A DNA stretch of 64,000 nt from an uncultured Acidobacteriia bacterium (GCA_903882645.1 CAIRXZ010000148.1:6554-70553); one strand, 5' to 3'; shown: positions 27,685 through 36,591, numbered from the stretch's first letter. Notes: generated by a model from the sequence alone, not told the origin. Translations and numbers: made by a program.

Positions 27685-28174
27685 CGCCGCGGTGGTAACC
27701 ATCAGCGATTCCGTTAGCGCCGGAGCGCGTCCGGATCGCTCGGGTCCGGCGGTGCGTGAACGGCTGGAACAACTGGGCTGGAGAGTCTCGGTGGTAGAGG
27801 TCATCCCGGACGAGCCGGCCGAGATTACAAATCGTCTCGCCACCCTCGCCGACGGCGGACAGATCTCGGCGATTTTCACCACGGGCGGCACGGGCGTCGC
27901 GCAGCGGGACGTAACGCCGGAAGCCACTCGGGCCGTGCTCGATCGCGAAATTCCCGGCATGGCGGAGCTGATGCGCCTGCGCGGCAGGGAAGCCACGCCC
28001 CTGGCGGCGCTTTCGCGGTCCGTGGCCGGCACGCGCGGGCTGGTGCTGATCGTCAATCTGCCGGGATCGCCCAAGGGCGCGGTGGAATCGCTGGACGCCA
28101 TCGTGGAATTGGCGCCGCACGTGCTAGAATTGCTCCGGGGGCAAACGGAACACGCTGCGGACCGGCAGGAGTAG
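27677..28174 (+). CDS. MogA/MoaB-family molybdenum cofactor biosynthesis protein
   Basis: 8-nt overlap with moaC. TISDS, TTGGTG and LPGSPKG motifs. Confidence 0.88.
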   Translation: MINAAVVTISDSVSAGARPDRSGPAVRERLEQLGWRVSVVEVIPDEPAEITNRLATLADGGQISAIFTTGGTGVAQRDVTPEATRAVLDREIPGMAELMRLRGREATPLAALSRSVAGTRGLVLIVNLPGSPKGAVESLDAIVELAPHVLELLRGQTEHAADRQE

Positions 28175-28175
28175 C

Positions 28176-29273
28176 ATGCGAATTCTCTCATTCACGCTCC
28201 TATGCGGATTGTTGGCCGGGCAGCAGACCGCCCGGCCGCCGCAATCGCAGGATCCCGCGGCCAGCCAGCCCGCCGAAGAGCTGCCGAAGTTTACGGCCAC
28301 GGTGCAGCATGTGCAGGTGCCGGTGACGGTGTTCGACCGAGACGGCGGGTACGTCAACAACGTCCGGCCCGAGCAGTTCCACCTGTATGACAGCGACAAG
28401 GAGCAGAACTTCAAAATGGACGTCACCTACACGCCCATTTCGCTGGTGCTGCTGATCCAGTCGAGCGCGCACGTGGAAGGATTGTTGCCGCAGGTGAACA
28501 AGATCGGCAACCTGATCGGACCGCAGGTGATCGGAGAAGCCGGCGAAACGGCCGTGATCGCCTTCGACTCGCGCATCCGCGTCCTGCAGGAGTTTACAAC
28601 CGACTCGAGCAAGGTTTCCGCGGCCGTCAAGAAGATTCAGCCGGGCAGCGAAAGCAACCGCATGGTGGATGCCGTCGTGGATGGCGCCCGGCTGCTGCGC
28701 TCGCGTCCCAGCGACCGCCGGCGCATCATGCTTCTGATCGGCGAAACGCGCGATCTGGGCAGCCAGACCAGCAAGAAGGAAGCCCTGGCCAACCTGATGG
28801 CGAACAGCATAGCGTTCTACTCGGTGGACATGTCCCGCTTTATCACCACCTTGACGGCGCCTCCCAAGTTGGCGCGTCCCGATCCCCTGCCGCCGGCCAT
28901 GCATCCCCTGCCGCCGAACGTGGTGGCAACCCCCAACAACGTGGAGCAGATGTATGGGACCAATTCGCGAGCCGAGATCATCCCCCTGATGCTCGAGATC
29001 TTCCGCGACGTGAAGGCGATTTTCATAGACAACCCGGTGGAGGCTTTCACGAAGGGTACCGGCGGCACGGAATTCGGCTTTCACAGCCAGCGGACGCTGG
29101 AGAATGCGCTGTCCGCGCTCGGGGAACAGTTGCACAGCGAGTATACGCTCTCATACAGCCCCAGCAATCCGGACGAAGCCGGCTTCCACCAGATCCGAGT
29201 CGAGATCGAGGGCCACCCCGAGGTAGGCAAGATCGTGACGCGGCCCGGATACTATCTGGGACCGAGACGGTAA
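28176..29273 (+). CDS. Secreted VWA-domain protein (acidobacterial VWFA-related type)
   Basis: Signal peptide, then FxxxVxxVxVxVxVxD N-terminal strand pattern, then a VWA-like core. Starts 1 nt after the mog stop. Confidence 0.75.
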   Translation: MRILSFTLLCGLLAGQQTARPPQSQDPAASQPAEELPKFTATVQHVQVPVTVFDRDGGYVNNVRPEQFHLYDSDKEQNFKMDVTYTPISLVLLIQSSAHVEGLLPQVNKIGNLIGPQVIGEAGETAVIAFDSRIRVLQEFTTDSSKVSAAVKKIQPGSESNRMVDAVVDGARLLRSRPSDRRRIMLLIGETRDLGSQTSKKEALANLMANSIAFYSVDMSRFITTLTAPPKLARPDPLPPAMHPLPPNVVATPNNVEQMYGTNSRAEIIPLMLEIFRDVKAIFIDNPVEAFTKGTGGTEFGFHSQRTLENALSALGEQLHSEYTLSYSPSNPDEAGFHQIRVEIEGHPEVGKIVTRPGYYLGPRR

Positions 29274-29486
29274 GCCGAACAGCCGCACGCAGCCAAGGAA
29301 CCTCCTTTGACGCGGAGGCACGGAGTAAAACAAGGAATCACCGCCGAGACGCCGAGCCGCTGAGGAAACCGTAATGGGGTCCGGATTGACTGATCGGACG
29401 TGTGCTTCCCCCGTCGTTCGGGCGCGGAGGGAGCGGAGAAATGCGCTCGGCCGGACGAACGAGACCTTGCAGGCAGCATTAAGAGC

Positions 29487-29519
29487 AAGCTGAGCGCTGA
29501 AAGCTGATAGCTGACAGCT
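29487..29519 (-). repeat. AGCTGTCAGC repeat family copy (inverted)
   Basis: The reverse complement agctgtcagctatcagctttcagcgctcagctt matches 17201..17230. Confidence 0.75.
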
Positions 29520-29862
29520 ACTTCTTGGCGGGCGGACGGACGATCACGTAGATTGCCCGGTCGCCATCCTCGGTGGCGACGTAGCGGACGGTCACGCGCG
29601 AGTTCACCTTGGGCTTCTTACCCTCCTCGAATCGCGTTGCGGACGTGATGGCGAAGGTCTTGGAGTCCTTCGGGCCGGTGCGGCTCGCAGTCAGGCTGGA
29701 CTCGCTAATCGCCGTGACGATCCCAGAGAACATCTGGTCCTTGGGCGCGCTCTGGGATCCCTTCTCCTGCGCCGCGCAAGGCAGGACCGAACCAAAGGCG
29801 AGCGCCGCAATCAGCATTCCGGACCGGATAAGCCGCACCATATCAGTGTATTGGAGAGCCAT
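29518..29862 (-). CDS. Small secreted protein, unknown function
   Basis: Signal peptide (MVRLIRSGMLIAALAFGSVLPCAAQ; alternative ATG at 29841) and a beta-rich ~85-aa mature part. Last gene of the RR-HK operon. Confidence 0.55.
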   Translation of the reverse strand: MALQYTDMVRLIRSGMLIAALAFGSVLPCAAQEKGSQSAPKDQMFSGIVTAISESSLTASRTGPKDSKTFAITSATRFEEGKKPKVNSRVTVRYVATEDGDRAIYVIVRPPAKK

Positions 29863-29894
29863 GAAGCGTAGGTAAAGGCGCGATTAAAGTTCGT

Positions 29895-31463
29895 TCATGA
29901 TTGGCTTACCGCCTGGCCGGCAGTCTCCACAGCGCCCGATCCAAGCCCTGGGGCGGGCAGCTTGACGGTAAAGCGGGTGCCCTTTCCCGGGGCACTTTCC
30001 ACATCGATCTTGCCCCGGTGGGCCTTGACGATCCAGGCGACGAAACTCAACCCCAGGCCTAGTCCCTGCTCCGGCGCGGGCGCCGCGCCCGGGCCTGGGA
30101 CGCGATAGAAGCGGTCGAAGATGTGCGGCAGGTGCTCGGTGGCGATGCCGCGGCCGGTGTCCTCGACCACGATCTCGATACGCTCCGGTCCCTGTTCCGC
30201 GGTCTGGCGGCGCAGCGCCACGTTCACCCGGCCGCCCTCCCCGGTGAACTTAATGGCATTTGAGAGCAGGTTGGAGATCAGGCGCTCGATCTGGACGCGG
30301 TCCAACTCGACGGGACATTCCGCGGGCAAGTCCGACGTGAGCCGCACGCCCGCCGCTTCGGCGGGAATCTGAAACTGTTCCACCAAGTCCCGCGCCATCG
30401 CGGACAAATCCACGTGCGACTTCTGCAAGACCAGTTGCCCGGATTCGGCTTGCGAAAGGAGAAGCATGGCGCGCACGATCTGCGACAGACGGTCGATATC
30501 CTGAAGCGCGTTAAACATGGCTTCGCGGTATTGCTCGGTGGTCTGGGCCGTGAACAAGGCGACCTCCAGTTGCCCGCGGATGGCGGTGATGGGCGTGCGC
30601 AGTTCGTGCGAAACGTCGGCGGAAAACTGCTTCATCTGCTGGAACGACGCTTCCAGGCGGTCGATCATGCGGTTGAAGGTGCGGATCAGGTAGTCCAGTT
30701 CATCGCCGGCGTTGCGCGCGGGGATGCGGAGGCTCAGGTTCGAGCTGGAAATGCGCGCCGCCGCCTGGGCCGCGGCGCGCACCGGCGCGAGAGCGCGTCC
30801 CGCCATGATCCAACCGAGCAGCGACCCCAGAATCAGAGACCCCGGAATGACGGCGATGTAGAGCAGGGAGAACTCCCGCAGGGTGTTGCTGCTGGCCGCC
30901 AGCGAAGACCCCAGCGCGACATAGTACGGGGACCGGCGGCCGCCGGTGAAATGGCCTTCATCGTAGACGATGCCGGAGCGGATGAGGTAGTCCACTCCCT
31001 GCCGGCTGCGCTTGACGGTCCAGAACGGACGTGAATTCGCGAGCGCGCCTCGCACCAATTTCTTGATGTCCGCCGGGGAATCGACGCCGATGTCCAAGTA
31101 CGTCTGGGACACGGCGGGCTGGCCGTCGAGGTCCGGGACGGTGTTTCCGTTGGAGTCCGTGATGAGGTAGACCGACCTGATCCCGAGTACGATGCGGCTC
31201 TCGTCCGGATCCTCTTTGTCGTAGTACCAGATGGCCTTCATCGGGTCGGTTTCGGAGTCGCGTTCGATCCGCAGGTACCCCTTCATGGCGGCCCACCGCT
31301 GATCGAGGACCGAGTGAACCTGGTTGTCGAGCGAACTCGCCAGGCGTTCATGAAACACGCCGGTCACGCCGATGAGCAGCAAGGCGAAGAACAGCGCGTA
31401 GGTCGCCGTGAGCCGGAAGCGCAGCCCGCGGCTGAGACGCCGGATGTCACGCGCGCGGATCAC
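29895..31463 (-). CDS. Sensor histidine kinase (2 TM, periplasmic domain, HAMP, HisKA, HATPase_c)
   Basis: H-box FSADVSHELRTPITAI, N box LLSNAIKFT and G boxes DTGRGI / GLGLGLS. GTG start overlaps the RR gene by 17 nt. Confidence 0.9.
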   Translation of the reverse strand: MIRARDIRRLSRGLRFRLTATYALFFALLLIGVTGVFHERLASSLDNQVHSVLDQRWAAMKGYLRIERDSETDPMKAIWYYDKEDPDESRIVLGIRSVYLITDSNGNTVPDLDGQPAVSQTYLDIGVDSPADIKKLVRGALANSRPFWTVKRSRQGVDYLIRSGIVYDEGHFTGGRRSPYYVALGSSLAASSNTLREFSLLYIAVIPGSLILGSLLGWIMAGRALAPVRAAAQAAARISSSNLSLRIPARNAGDELDYLIRTFNRMIDRLEASFQQMKQFSADVSHELRTPITAIRGQLEVALFTAQTTEQYREAMFNALQDIDRLSQIVRAMLLLSQAESGQLVLQKSHVDLSAMARDLVEQFQIPAEAAGVRLTSDLPAECPVELDRVQIERLISNLLSNAIKFTGEGGRVNVALRRQTAEQGPERIEIVVEDTGRGIATEHLPHIFDRFYRVPGPGAAPAPEQGLGLGLSFVAWIVKAHRGKIDVESAPGKGTRFTVKLPAPGLGSGAVETAGQAVSQS

Positions 31464-32169
31464 TGGAAACCTGCCGCTCGGCGGCCGTTTCGGCGGGCTT
31501 TTCGGGCGCCTCGATCATGTACCCGATGCCGCGCACGGTTTGGATGAGCTTCTGCGGAAAGCGGTCGTCGATCTTGCTGCGGAGATGCCGGATGTAGACG
31601 TCCACAATGTTGGTGAGGCCGTCGTAATCCATGTCCCAGACGTGCTCCACGATCATGGTGCGGCTGAGCGGGCGGCCCTTGTTCCGCATCATGTATTCGA
31701 GGATGCCGAATTCCTTGGGCGCCAGGTCGATGCTGTCGCCCGCGCGCGTCACCCTGCGGCGCGTGCAATCGACGGTGAGATCGGCCACCTGGAGTTTCTC
31801 GGGGGCCGGCTGGCCGCGCCGGAGAAGCGCGCGGACGCGCGCCAGCAGCTCGACGAAAGCGAAGGGCTTGACGAGGTAATCGTCGGCCCCCTGCTCGAGA
31901 CCCTTGACGCGGTCTTCCAGCCCGCCCCGGGCGCTCAGGATCAGCACCGGTGGACCGGCCTTGCGGTTGCGGATTCTCTCGAGCACCTTCATGCCGTCCA
32001 TGTCCGGCAGCATGAGGTCCAGAACCACCAGGTCGTAATCGGCGGAGTGGATGTGATCCAGCGCCGAGATGCCGTCGAGCGCCGCATCCACGGCGTACCC
32101 CGCTCCTTGCAGGCCGCGGCACAGAAAGTCCGCGATTCGCTTCTCGTCCTCGACCACCAGGATTCTCAT
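31447..32169 (-). CDS. OmpR-family response regulator
   Basis: MRILVVEDE...DLVVLDLMLPDMDG receiver domain plus a winged-helix output domain (LAPKEFGILEYMM...VRGIGY). Confidence 0.93.
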   Translation of the reverse strand: MRILVVEDEKRIADFLCRGLQGAGYAVDAALDGISALDHIHSADYDLVVLDLMLPDMDGMKVLERIRNRKAGPPVLILSARGGLEDRVKGLEQGADDYLVKPFAFVELLARVRALLRRGQPAPEKLQVADLTVDCTRRRVTRAGDSIDLAPKEFGILEYMMRNKGRPLSRTMIVEHVWDMDYDGLTNIVDVYIRHLRSKIDDRFPQKLIQTVRGIGYMIEAPEKPAETAAERQVSSDPRA

Positions 32170-32215
32170 TTGCTTTCAGCTTACCGCAACGCCGCCCCAG
32201 GGCCGGACCCGCGGG

Positions 32216-32914
32216 TTACTTGAATCTCAGCGTGATCCTGTTCTCCCTGCCGCCATAGGTCAGTTCCAGATCCTTCATCTTCTGCTTCTCCATGACGAAG
32301 TAGAGCAGGCCGGCGAGCGGCTGATCGGTTTTCTTCGCGGGGAGCTGCTTGTCGGTCAGCGTGCGCAAGAGCGGGTTGTCCTTGTCACCGGCCCCCGTCT
32401 CCGCGGTCGCGGCGGTCCCGCCTGCATTGCCCTCGTTCCACGTGCCGCTCTGGACGCCGCCGCCGGAATTAGGCGGGTAACCCCCCGGCGGATAGCCGGC
32501 GCCCGGCCCGCTTCCCGGAGGATATCTGCCGGGGTAGGATCCGGGCGGGCCTGGGCCAGCCGATGCGCCGGTCCGGTCCGCCTGCTGGTGAATGATCAGC
32601 GCGTCGCGCCCGGCGATCTGGCTGGGCGCGTACGGCGTGGCCTTCTCGCCATCCACGTCGGTGCGGATCTGAAAATCGTCGCGATCGATAACGACCTCTT
32701 TGCCGTACTTCGGCTCGATCTTCACATCGGCCACGATATAGTGCCCGCCCAGGTCGTCGCCGACCATCCCCTTGACGCCCGCGGGATCGATGTAAAGCGT
32801 TACCGTGAGCGCCACATCCAGGTTCTCGCCCTTCGCCGTAGCTACCGTCCTCGGGGCCGCGGAGACCAGCAGCGCGGAGAGCGGCAGACACGCGAACAAG
32901 CGGGCGTAGATCAT
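32216..32914 (-). CDS. Secreted protein with Gly/Pro/Tyr-rich linker, unknown function
   Basis: Inner ATG at 32914 with a signal peptide (MIYARLFACLPLSALLVSAAP). Two beta-rich halves are joined by PGPPGSYPGRYPPGSGPGAGYPPGGYPPNSGG. Confidence 0.55.
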   Translation of the reverse strand: MIYARLFACLPLSALLVSAAPRTVATAKGENLDVALTVTLYIDPAGVKGMVGDDLGGHYIVADVKIEPKYGKEVVIDRDDFQIRTDVDGEKATPYAPSQIAGRDALIIHQQADRTGASAGPGPPGSYPGRYPPGSGPGAGYPPGGYPPNSGGGVQSGTWNEGNAGGTAATAETGAGDKDNPLLRTLTDKQLPAKKTDQPLAGLLYFVMEKQKMKDLELTYGGRENRITLRFK

Positions 32915-33071
32915 GACGCAGCCTCTGGCCACAATTATATGCCCACGGGAACGGCCGGCACGGACCTTTATGAAGCCGTATTCCTCGGTGGACTCGGCGC
33001 GCTGGATCACTGCGGCCGGTACAGCCCGAGAGCCTGGCAGGCGCGGACCTGCTGATCTTCTTTAATTGCCC

Positions 33072-33791
33072 TCAGGATGCAGTTTCTGGCTTGACCGCGC
33101 GGATGATTTCTCCGCCACAGCCATTGCAATAGTTCGCATCGGCCATCACGACCCGGCCACAGTGGTTGCAGAATCGCTGATCGACCGCGGCGATGAAAAT
33201 GTACCCGCAGAAGCGGCATTTGCGGGCTTCGGCTCGGATCTCTTCCGCGCAATCGGGGCATTTCTTTAGGGCGGCTTTGAATAGGCCGCCACAACCGGGG
33301 CATTCCTTGGCATCCTTTTCCACTGGGGTCTTGCACTTTGGGCAATGGACGCCGCTATCCAGCGCCGCGCGGACGCCATACCCGCAGGCGGGGCATCGGA
33401 CGGCGCCGGGTTTCACGTTTGCGTGGCAGGACGGGCAGAGCATGGCTGCGCAGGTCGGGCAGGATGTGACGCCAGGGGGAATGATCGTGTGGCACTGGAG
33501 GCATCGGCGCACGTCAATCGACGCCCGGGCGGAGATCGGCTGCCGAGTGGACTCTGCCTCGGGGCCAAGATCGGCCTGGCATTTCGGGCAGCGCTCCGCC
33601 TTCGCGGGGATCGTTTGCTTGCAGTGCGGGCACTGGCGACCCTCGAATACCGCAAAGGCAAGGGCCAGTCCAATTGGGCCGAGAGAGAATCCCAAAGCAA
33701 GGCCCGCGCACCCGCTTCCGCCGCGCTGTTGGGCGACGGCCATCGCGCCGAAGCCGCAAAGAAGCCACAGCAGAATTACGACTATTTCCAT
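33072..33791 (-). CDS. Membrane-anchored protein with six tandem zinc-ribbon (CxxC-x10-12-CxxC) units
   Basis: Two N-terminal TM helices, then CPHC..CPKC, CLQC..CPTC, CPSC..CPAC, CPKC..CPGC, CPDC..CRFC and CNHC..CNGC. Confidence 0.7.
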   Translation of the reverse strand: MEIVVILLWLLCGFGAMAVAQQRGGSGCAGLALGFSLGPIGLALAFAVFEGRQCPHCKQTIPAKAERCPKCQADLGPEAESTRQPISARASIDVRRCLQCHTIIPPGVTSCPTCAAMLCPSCHANVKPGAVRCPACGYGVRAALDSGVHCPKCKTPVEKDAKECPGCGGLFKAALKKCPDCAEEIRAEARKCRFCGYIFIAAVDQRFCNHCGRVVMADANYCNGCGGEIIRAVKPETAS

Positions 33792-33812
33792 TTGCTCATG
33801 TCCCTGTTCCGT

Positions 33813-34124
33813 CTAAACGTCCTCGCCGGCGCCGACGTGGTCTCCGGGTTGGGCCGGGGCCCCGCGTTCGGCGAGCAGCAGGCGGCGGAGGGTTCTGAGA
33901 TCGTTTAGAATACGGCGGCCGGAAGTGATGTGGACGTGCAATTTCGCGAGATTGTAGGAAACCAGCAGGAGCGCCTCTTTGCGCCGGTCCGCGTGGTCGC
34001 GGTCGGCGGCGGCAATCTCCTCTTCTACTTCGCGGCGGGCCTCGGCCACCGCATCGGCCAGGAGCGCGACGTACTCGTGGGATCCTTCGATGCTGTCAAA
34101 CGGCGTTTCGGGCGTGTAACCCAC
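33813..34124 (-). CDS. Small helical hypothetical protein
   Basis: Only the C-terminal ~100 codons of ORF 33813..34316 look protein-like (EYVALLADAVAEARREVEEEIAAADRDH...). A GTG at 34124 is a possible start. The upstream part is translated repeat. Confidence 0.3.
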   Translation of the reverse strand: MGYTPETPFDSIEGSHEYVALLADAVAEARREVEEEIAAADRDHADRRKEALLLVSYNLAKLHVHITSGRRILNDLRTLRRLLLAERGAPAQPGDHVGAGEDV

Positions 34125-34222
34125 AGGACGCGCCTTTCCGGCCAGCCTGCCTCGGCTCGGTCCCAGACTGTTACATTCTCGCACAACGCGCGGGATGTGG
34201 GCGCATTCCCCAGCGCTTTGAA

Positions 34223-34285
34223 CCGGGCTGACGCCCGGCTGATGACGCCAGAAGGCGTCATCGCGGGCCAAAAGGCCCGGCCCCA
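34223..34285 (+). repeat. 63-nt triple-hairpin repeat (copy b)
   Basis: 58 of 63 nt identical to 13349..13411, in the same orientation. Overlaps the last 28 nt, including the stop codon, of gene 34258..36282. Confidence 0.9.
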
Positions 34286-36282
34286 CGGCTCCGGACGCGC
34301 CGCGCGATCGGCCCAATGAATCGCCAGCACGCCGCCAAGACCACCGTCAGGAACGACATTCCCCACATGATTTTCATCTCCGCGCCGCCGTCGTAGGAGA
34401 GACGCACCTCGCAGGTTCCGGAGCAATGTGGCGAGATCGTGAGGAACCCCAGGCCGTCGGATTCCACGGCCCGGCTGGAGCCGCCGACCGAGGCGCGCCA
34501 CCCGGGATGATAGGATACCTGCACGCTGATCAGATCCTTCGGGCCAAGCGGGCCGGTGATGACCGCTTCCGACGGGTTCGTCCAACGCTCCTCGAGCTTC
34601 GGTTTGGCGGGGTCTTCAATCGCGGCGACGTACGGCGCCAGCGCGGCGATATCCAGGCCGTTCTCCGGAAACCGGGTGATCAGGTCCTTGACTTCCACCG
34701 CGTGCGCGAGCGCGGGAGAGCGCTGCGGAACCTCGTAGATCACATCGTCGCCATCGCGCCACAGCTCGCGCAGGCGCCCCTCGAATTTTGCGGGGTGATG
34801 ATAGTCGTGGTATTCGTCGGTGCTGCGCGGGCCGTTGACGGCGACGGTGGTGGCGCCCAGGGCCTGCATCCACGCCAGCGAGATCTCGAACTCGCGGCCG
34901 GCGGCGTTATCGTCGCTGCCCACCTGGTAGTGTGCGAGCACGCCTCCGTTCTTGAGAATCCCCTGCAAGCAGCAGCCGGCCACTTGGGGCGTATCGGTGA
35001 AGGCGTTGAGCCACCAGGCGGTGGATCCCAGGAGAAACGTCCGTCCGCCGGGGCTGTGGGCGTCGATCCAGCGGGCGATCTTGTACTGGCTCGTCTTGGC
35101 GACGTCGATGCGCTGGATCAGGTCGTGCGCGTAGGCGCGATAGGCGGGGACCTGAAATGCGCAGAACGCTACGAAAACCCCGAAGGCCGCGTTCCGCGCG
35201 TACGTCCGTCCCCCGATAAGCCACTCGGCGCCGAGGACAAGCGTTCCGGCCATCCCCATCTCCATGGCGACCTGAAAGCGGGTTGGCTGCGCGAGCAGGG
35301 TAAGACCGAACCAGAAACTGCCGAGCGCGATGCAGCCCGTGAAGAAGAACAGCAGGAGAAAGAACCGGACAGCGCGGGGAATCGCGAATCGTTCGCACAT
35401 CCGGGACAACGCCACGGTCAGCCCGGCGACGATCGCGAGAGCGACCAGGTGGCGCAGACCGAACGCGTTCTGCGGCTGCATCCGCTGAGTGTTGTCAAGC
35501 AGCGTGAACACGGTGGATGGCGGCATCGCCGGGCCGATGAGAAGGTACCCGCCAACCGCCAGCGCCGCCGCCGCGATGCAGCGCCGGCGCGCGTCCACGG
35601 CCCCGCATGCCACCACATAAGCGACCACGGCGAAAGCGAGGACGATGGCGGCGGGAATGTTGGTCAGCGGCACGGCGGCCATCGCGCAGGCAGCCAAAGC
35701 GTAGGCCGGCAGAGTGCGCCGTTCGAGCGCGAAATCGAGAGCCAGAATCGCCAGCGGCACAAGCGTCAATCCGGCCATGTGAGGCGAATCGGCGTAATGC
35801 ACAGCAGCGTGCAGACGGCTGGCGTGAAACGGCCCGCCTATGTCGGCTCGGATCGCGCCAGCAAGCCAGGCGGAGGGCGATGCCAGCGAGTACAGCAGCC
35901 CCGTGGCAAGACTCGCCCATAGGTTCCGGCTCAAACGCAGGGCCAGCCAGAAGAGCGTAACCGGTCCAAGGCAATAGGCGCAGCCGGTTGCCATGTGGTA
36001 GGCCCGCGCCGCATTCATTCCGCCCAATCCGGTGAGCGCCGCCGTGACGAGATGCAGCGCAGGCTCGTACACATTGCCGATGGGCATTCCGCCGAACCAC
36101 AGCGGCCACCACGCGATATGCGGCCAGTGCGCGGCGGCATAACGGCCCATGGCGATGTAGATGCCCGCTATCGAGCTCATCTCGTCCAGGTATTGGGAGT
36201 TGAACAGGCGCCACGCGATCCAGACGTTGAGAGCCAGCAAACCCGCGCTCAGAACGGCGACGCGCTTCGGGGAGAGCATCAC
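34258..36282 (-). CDS. Large polytopic membrane protein with C-terminal extracytoplasmic domain (GT-C-like), unknown function
   Basis: 674 aa with ~14 hydrophobic helices, including WWPLWFGGMPIGNVYEPALH near the N-terminus, and a ~270-aa soluble C-terminal domain. GTG at 36282 and ATG at 36279 are adjacent starts. Confidence 0.6.
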   Translation of the reverse strand: MMLSPKRVAVLSAGLLALNVWIAWRLFNSQYLDEMSSIAGIYIAMGRYAAAHWPHIAWWPLWFGGMPIGNVYEPALHLVTAALTGLGGMNAARAYHMATGCAYCLGPVTLFWLALRLSRNLWASLATGLLYSLASPSAWLAGAIRADIGGPFHASRLHAAVHYADSPHMAGLTLVPLAILALDFALERRTLPAYALAACAMAAVPLTNIPAAIVLAFAVVAYVVACGAVDARRRCIAAAALAVGGYLLIGPAMPPSTVFTLLDNTQRMQPQNAFGLRHLVALAIVAGLTVALSRMCERFAIPRAVRFFLLLFFFTGCIALGSFWFGLTLLAQPTRFQVAMEMGMAGTLVLGAEWLIGGRTYARNAAFGVFVAFCAFQVPAYRAYAHDLIQRIDVAKTSQYKIARWIDAHSPGGRTFLLGSTAWWLNAFTDTPQVAGCCLQGILKNGGVLAHYQVGSDDNAAGREFEISLAWMQALGATTVAVNGPRSTDEYHDYHHPAKFEGRLRELWRDGDDVIYEVPQRSPALAHAVEVKDLITRFPENGLDIAALAPYVAAIEDPAKPKLEERWTNPSEAVITGPLGPKDLISVQVSYHPGWRASVGGSSRAVESDGLGFLTISPHCSGTCEVRLSYDGGAEMKIMWGMSFLTVVLAACWRFIGPIARRVRSRGAGPFGPR

Positions 36283-36307
36283 CGTCGATTATAACCGCGA
36301 GGTCGTT

Positions 36308-36392
36308 GTGGGGGCAGACCATCGTTCTGGATGGTCTGCCGCCGGCGCGTCACAACAGCCGGCAGACGACAAAAAACGATCGTCTGCCCCAC
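36308..36392. repeat. Inverted pair of hairpin-GCCCCAC repeats
   Basis: 36308..36340 (inverted: ggcagaccatccagaacgatggtctgccccac) and 36361..36392 (ggcagacgacaaaaaacgatcgtctgccccac). Confidence 0.85.
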
Positions 36393-36567
36393 TGCTCGCT
36401 CAGACGCGGATATCAGAGGATCGAGCATCGAAACGACCCGGTAAGACTGCCAGCCAGCGGCCCAATATCGACGTAGATGCGGTCCAAACCATTGGCGGCC
36501 GGTGACGCACGGCGAAAAGTCCGAGAGCCCCGACCGCCGCAACGAAGTTCTCAGCTCGCCCATCCCC

Positions 36568-36591
36568 GTAGGGGTCGGGCCTGCCCGACCC
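36568..36591 (-). repeat. REP-like palindrome starting with GTAG
   Basis: gtaggggtcgggcctgcccgaccc is the inverse orientation of the 15609 element. Confidence 0.75.

Noticed and set aside
33813-34316. Full 167-aa ORF as a gene.
   Set aside because: Its first ~30 codons are a translation of the 63-nt repeat and it overlaps the end of gene 34258..36282. Only the distal ~100 codons were retained, with low confidence.
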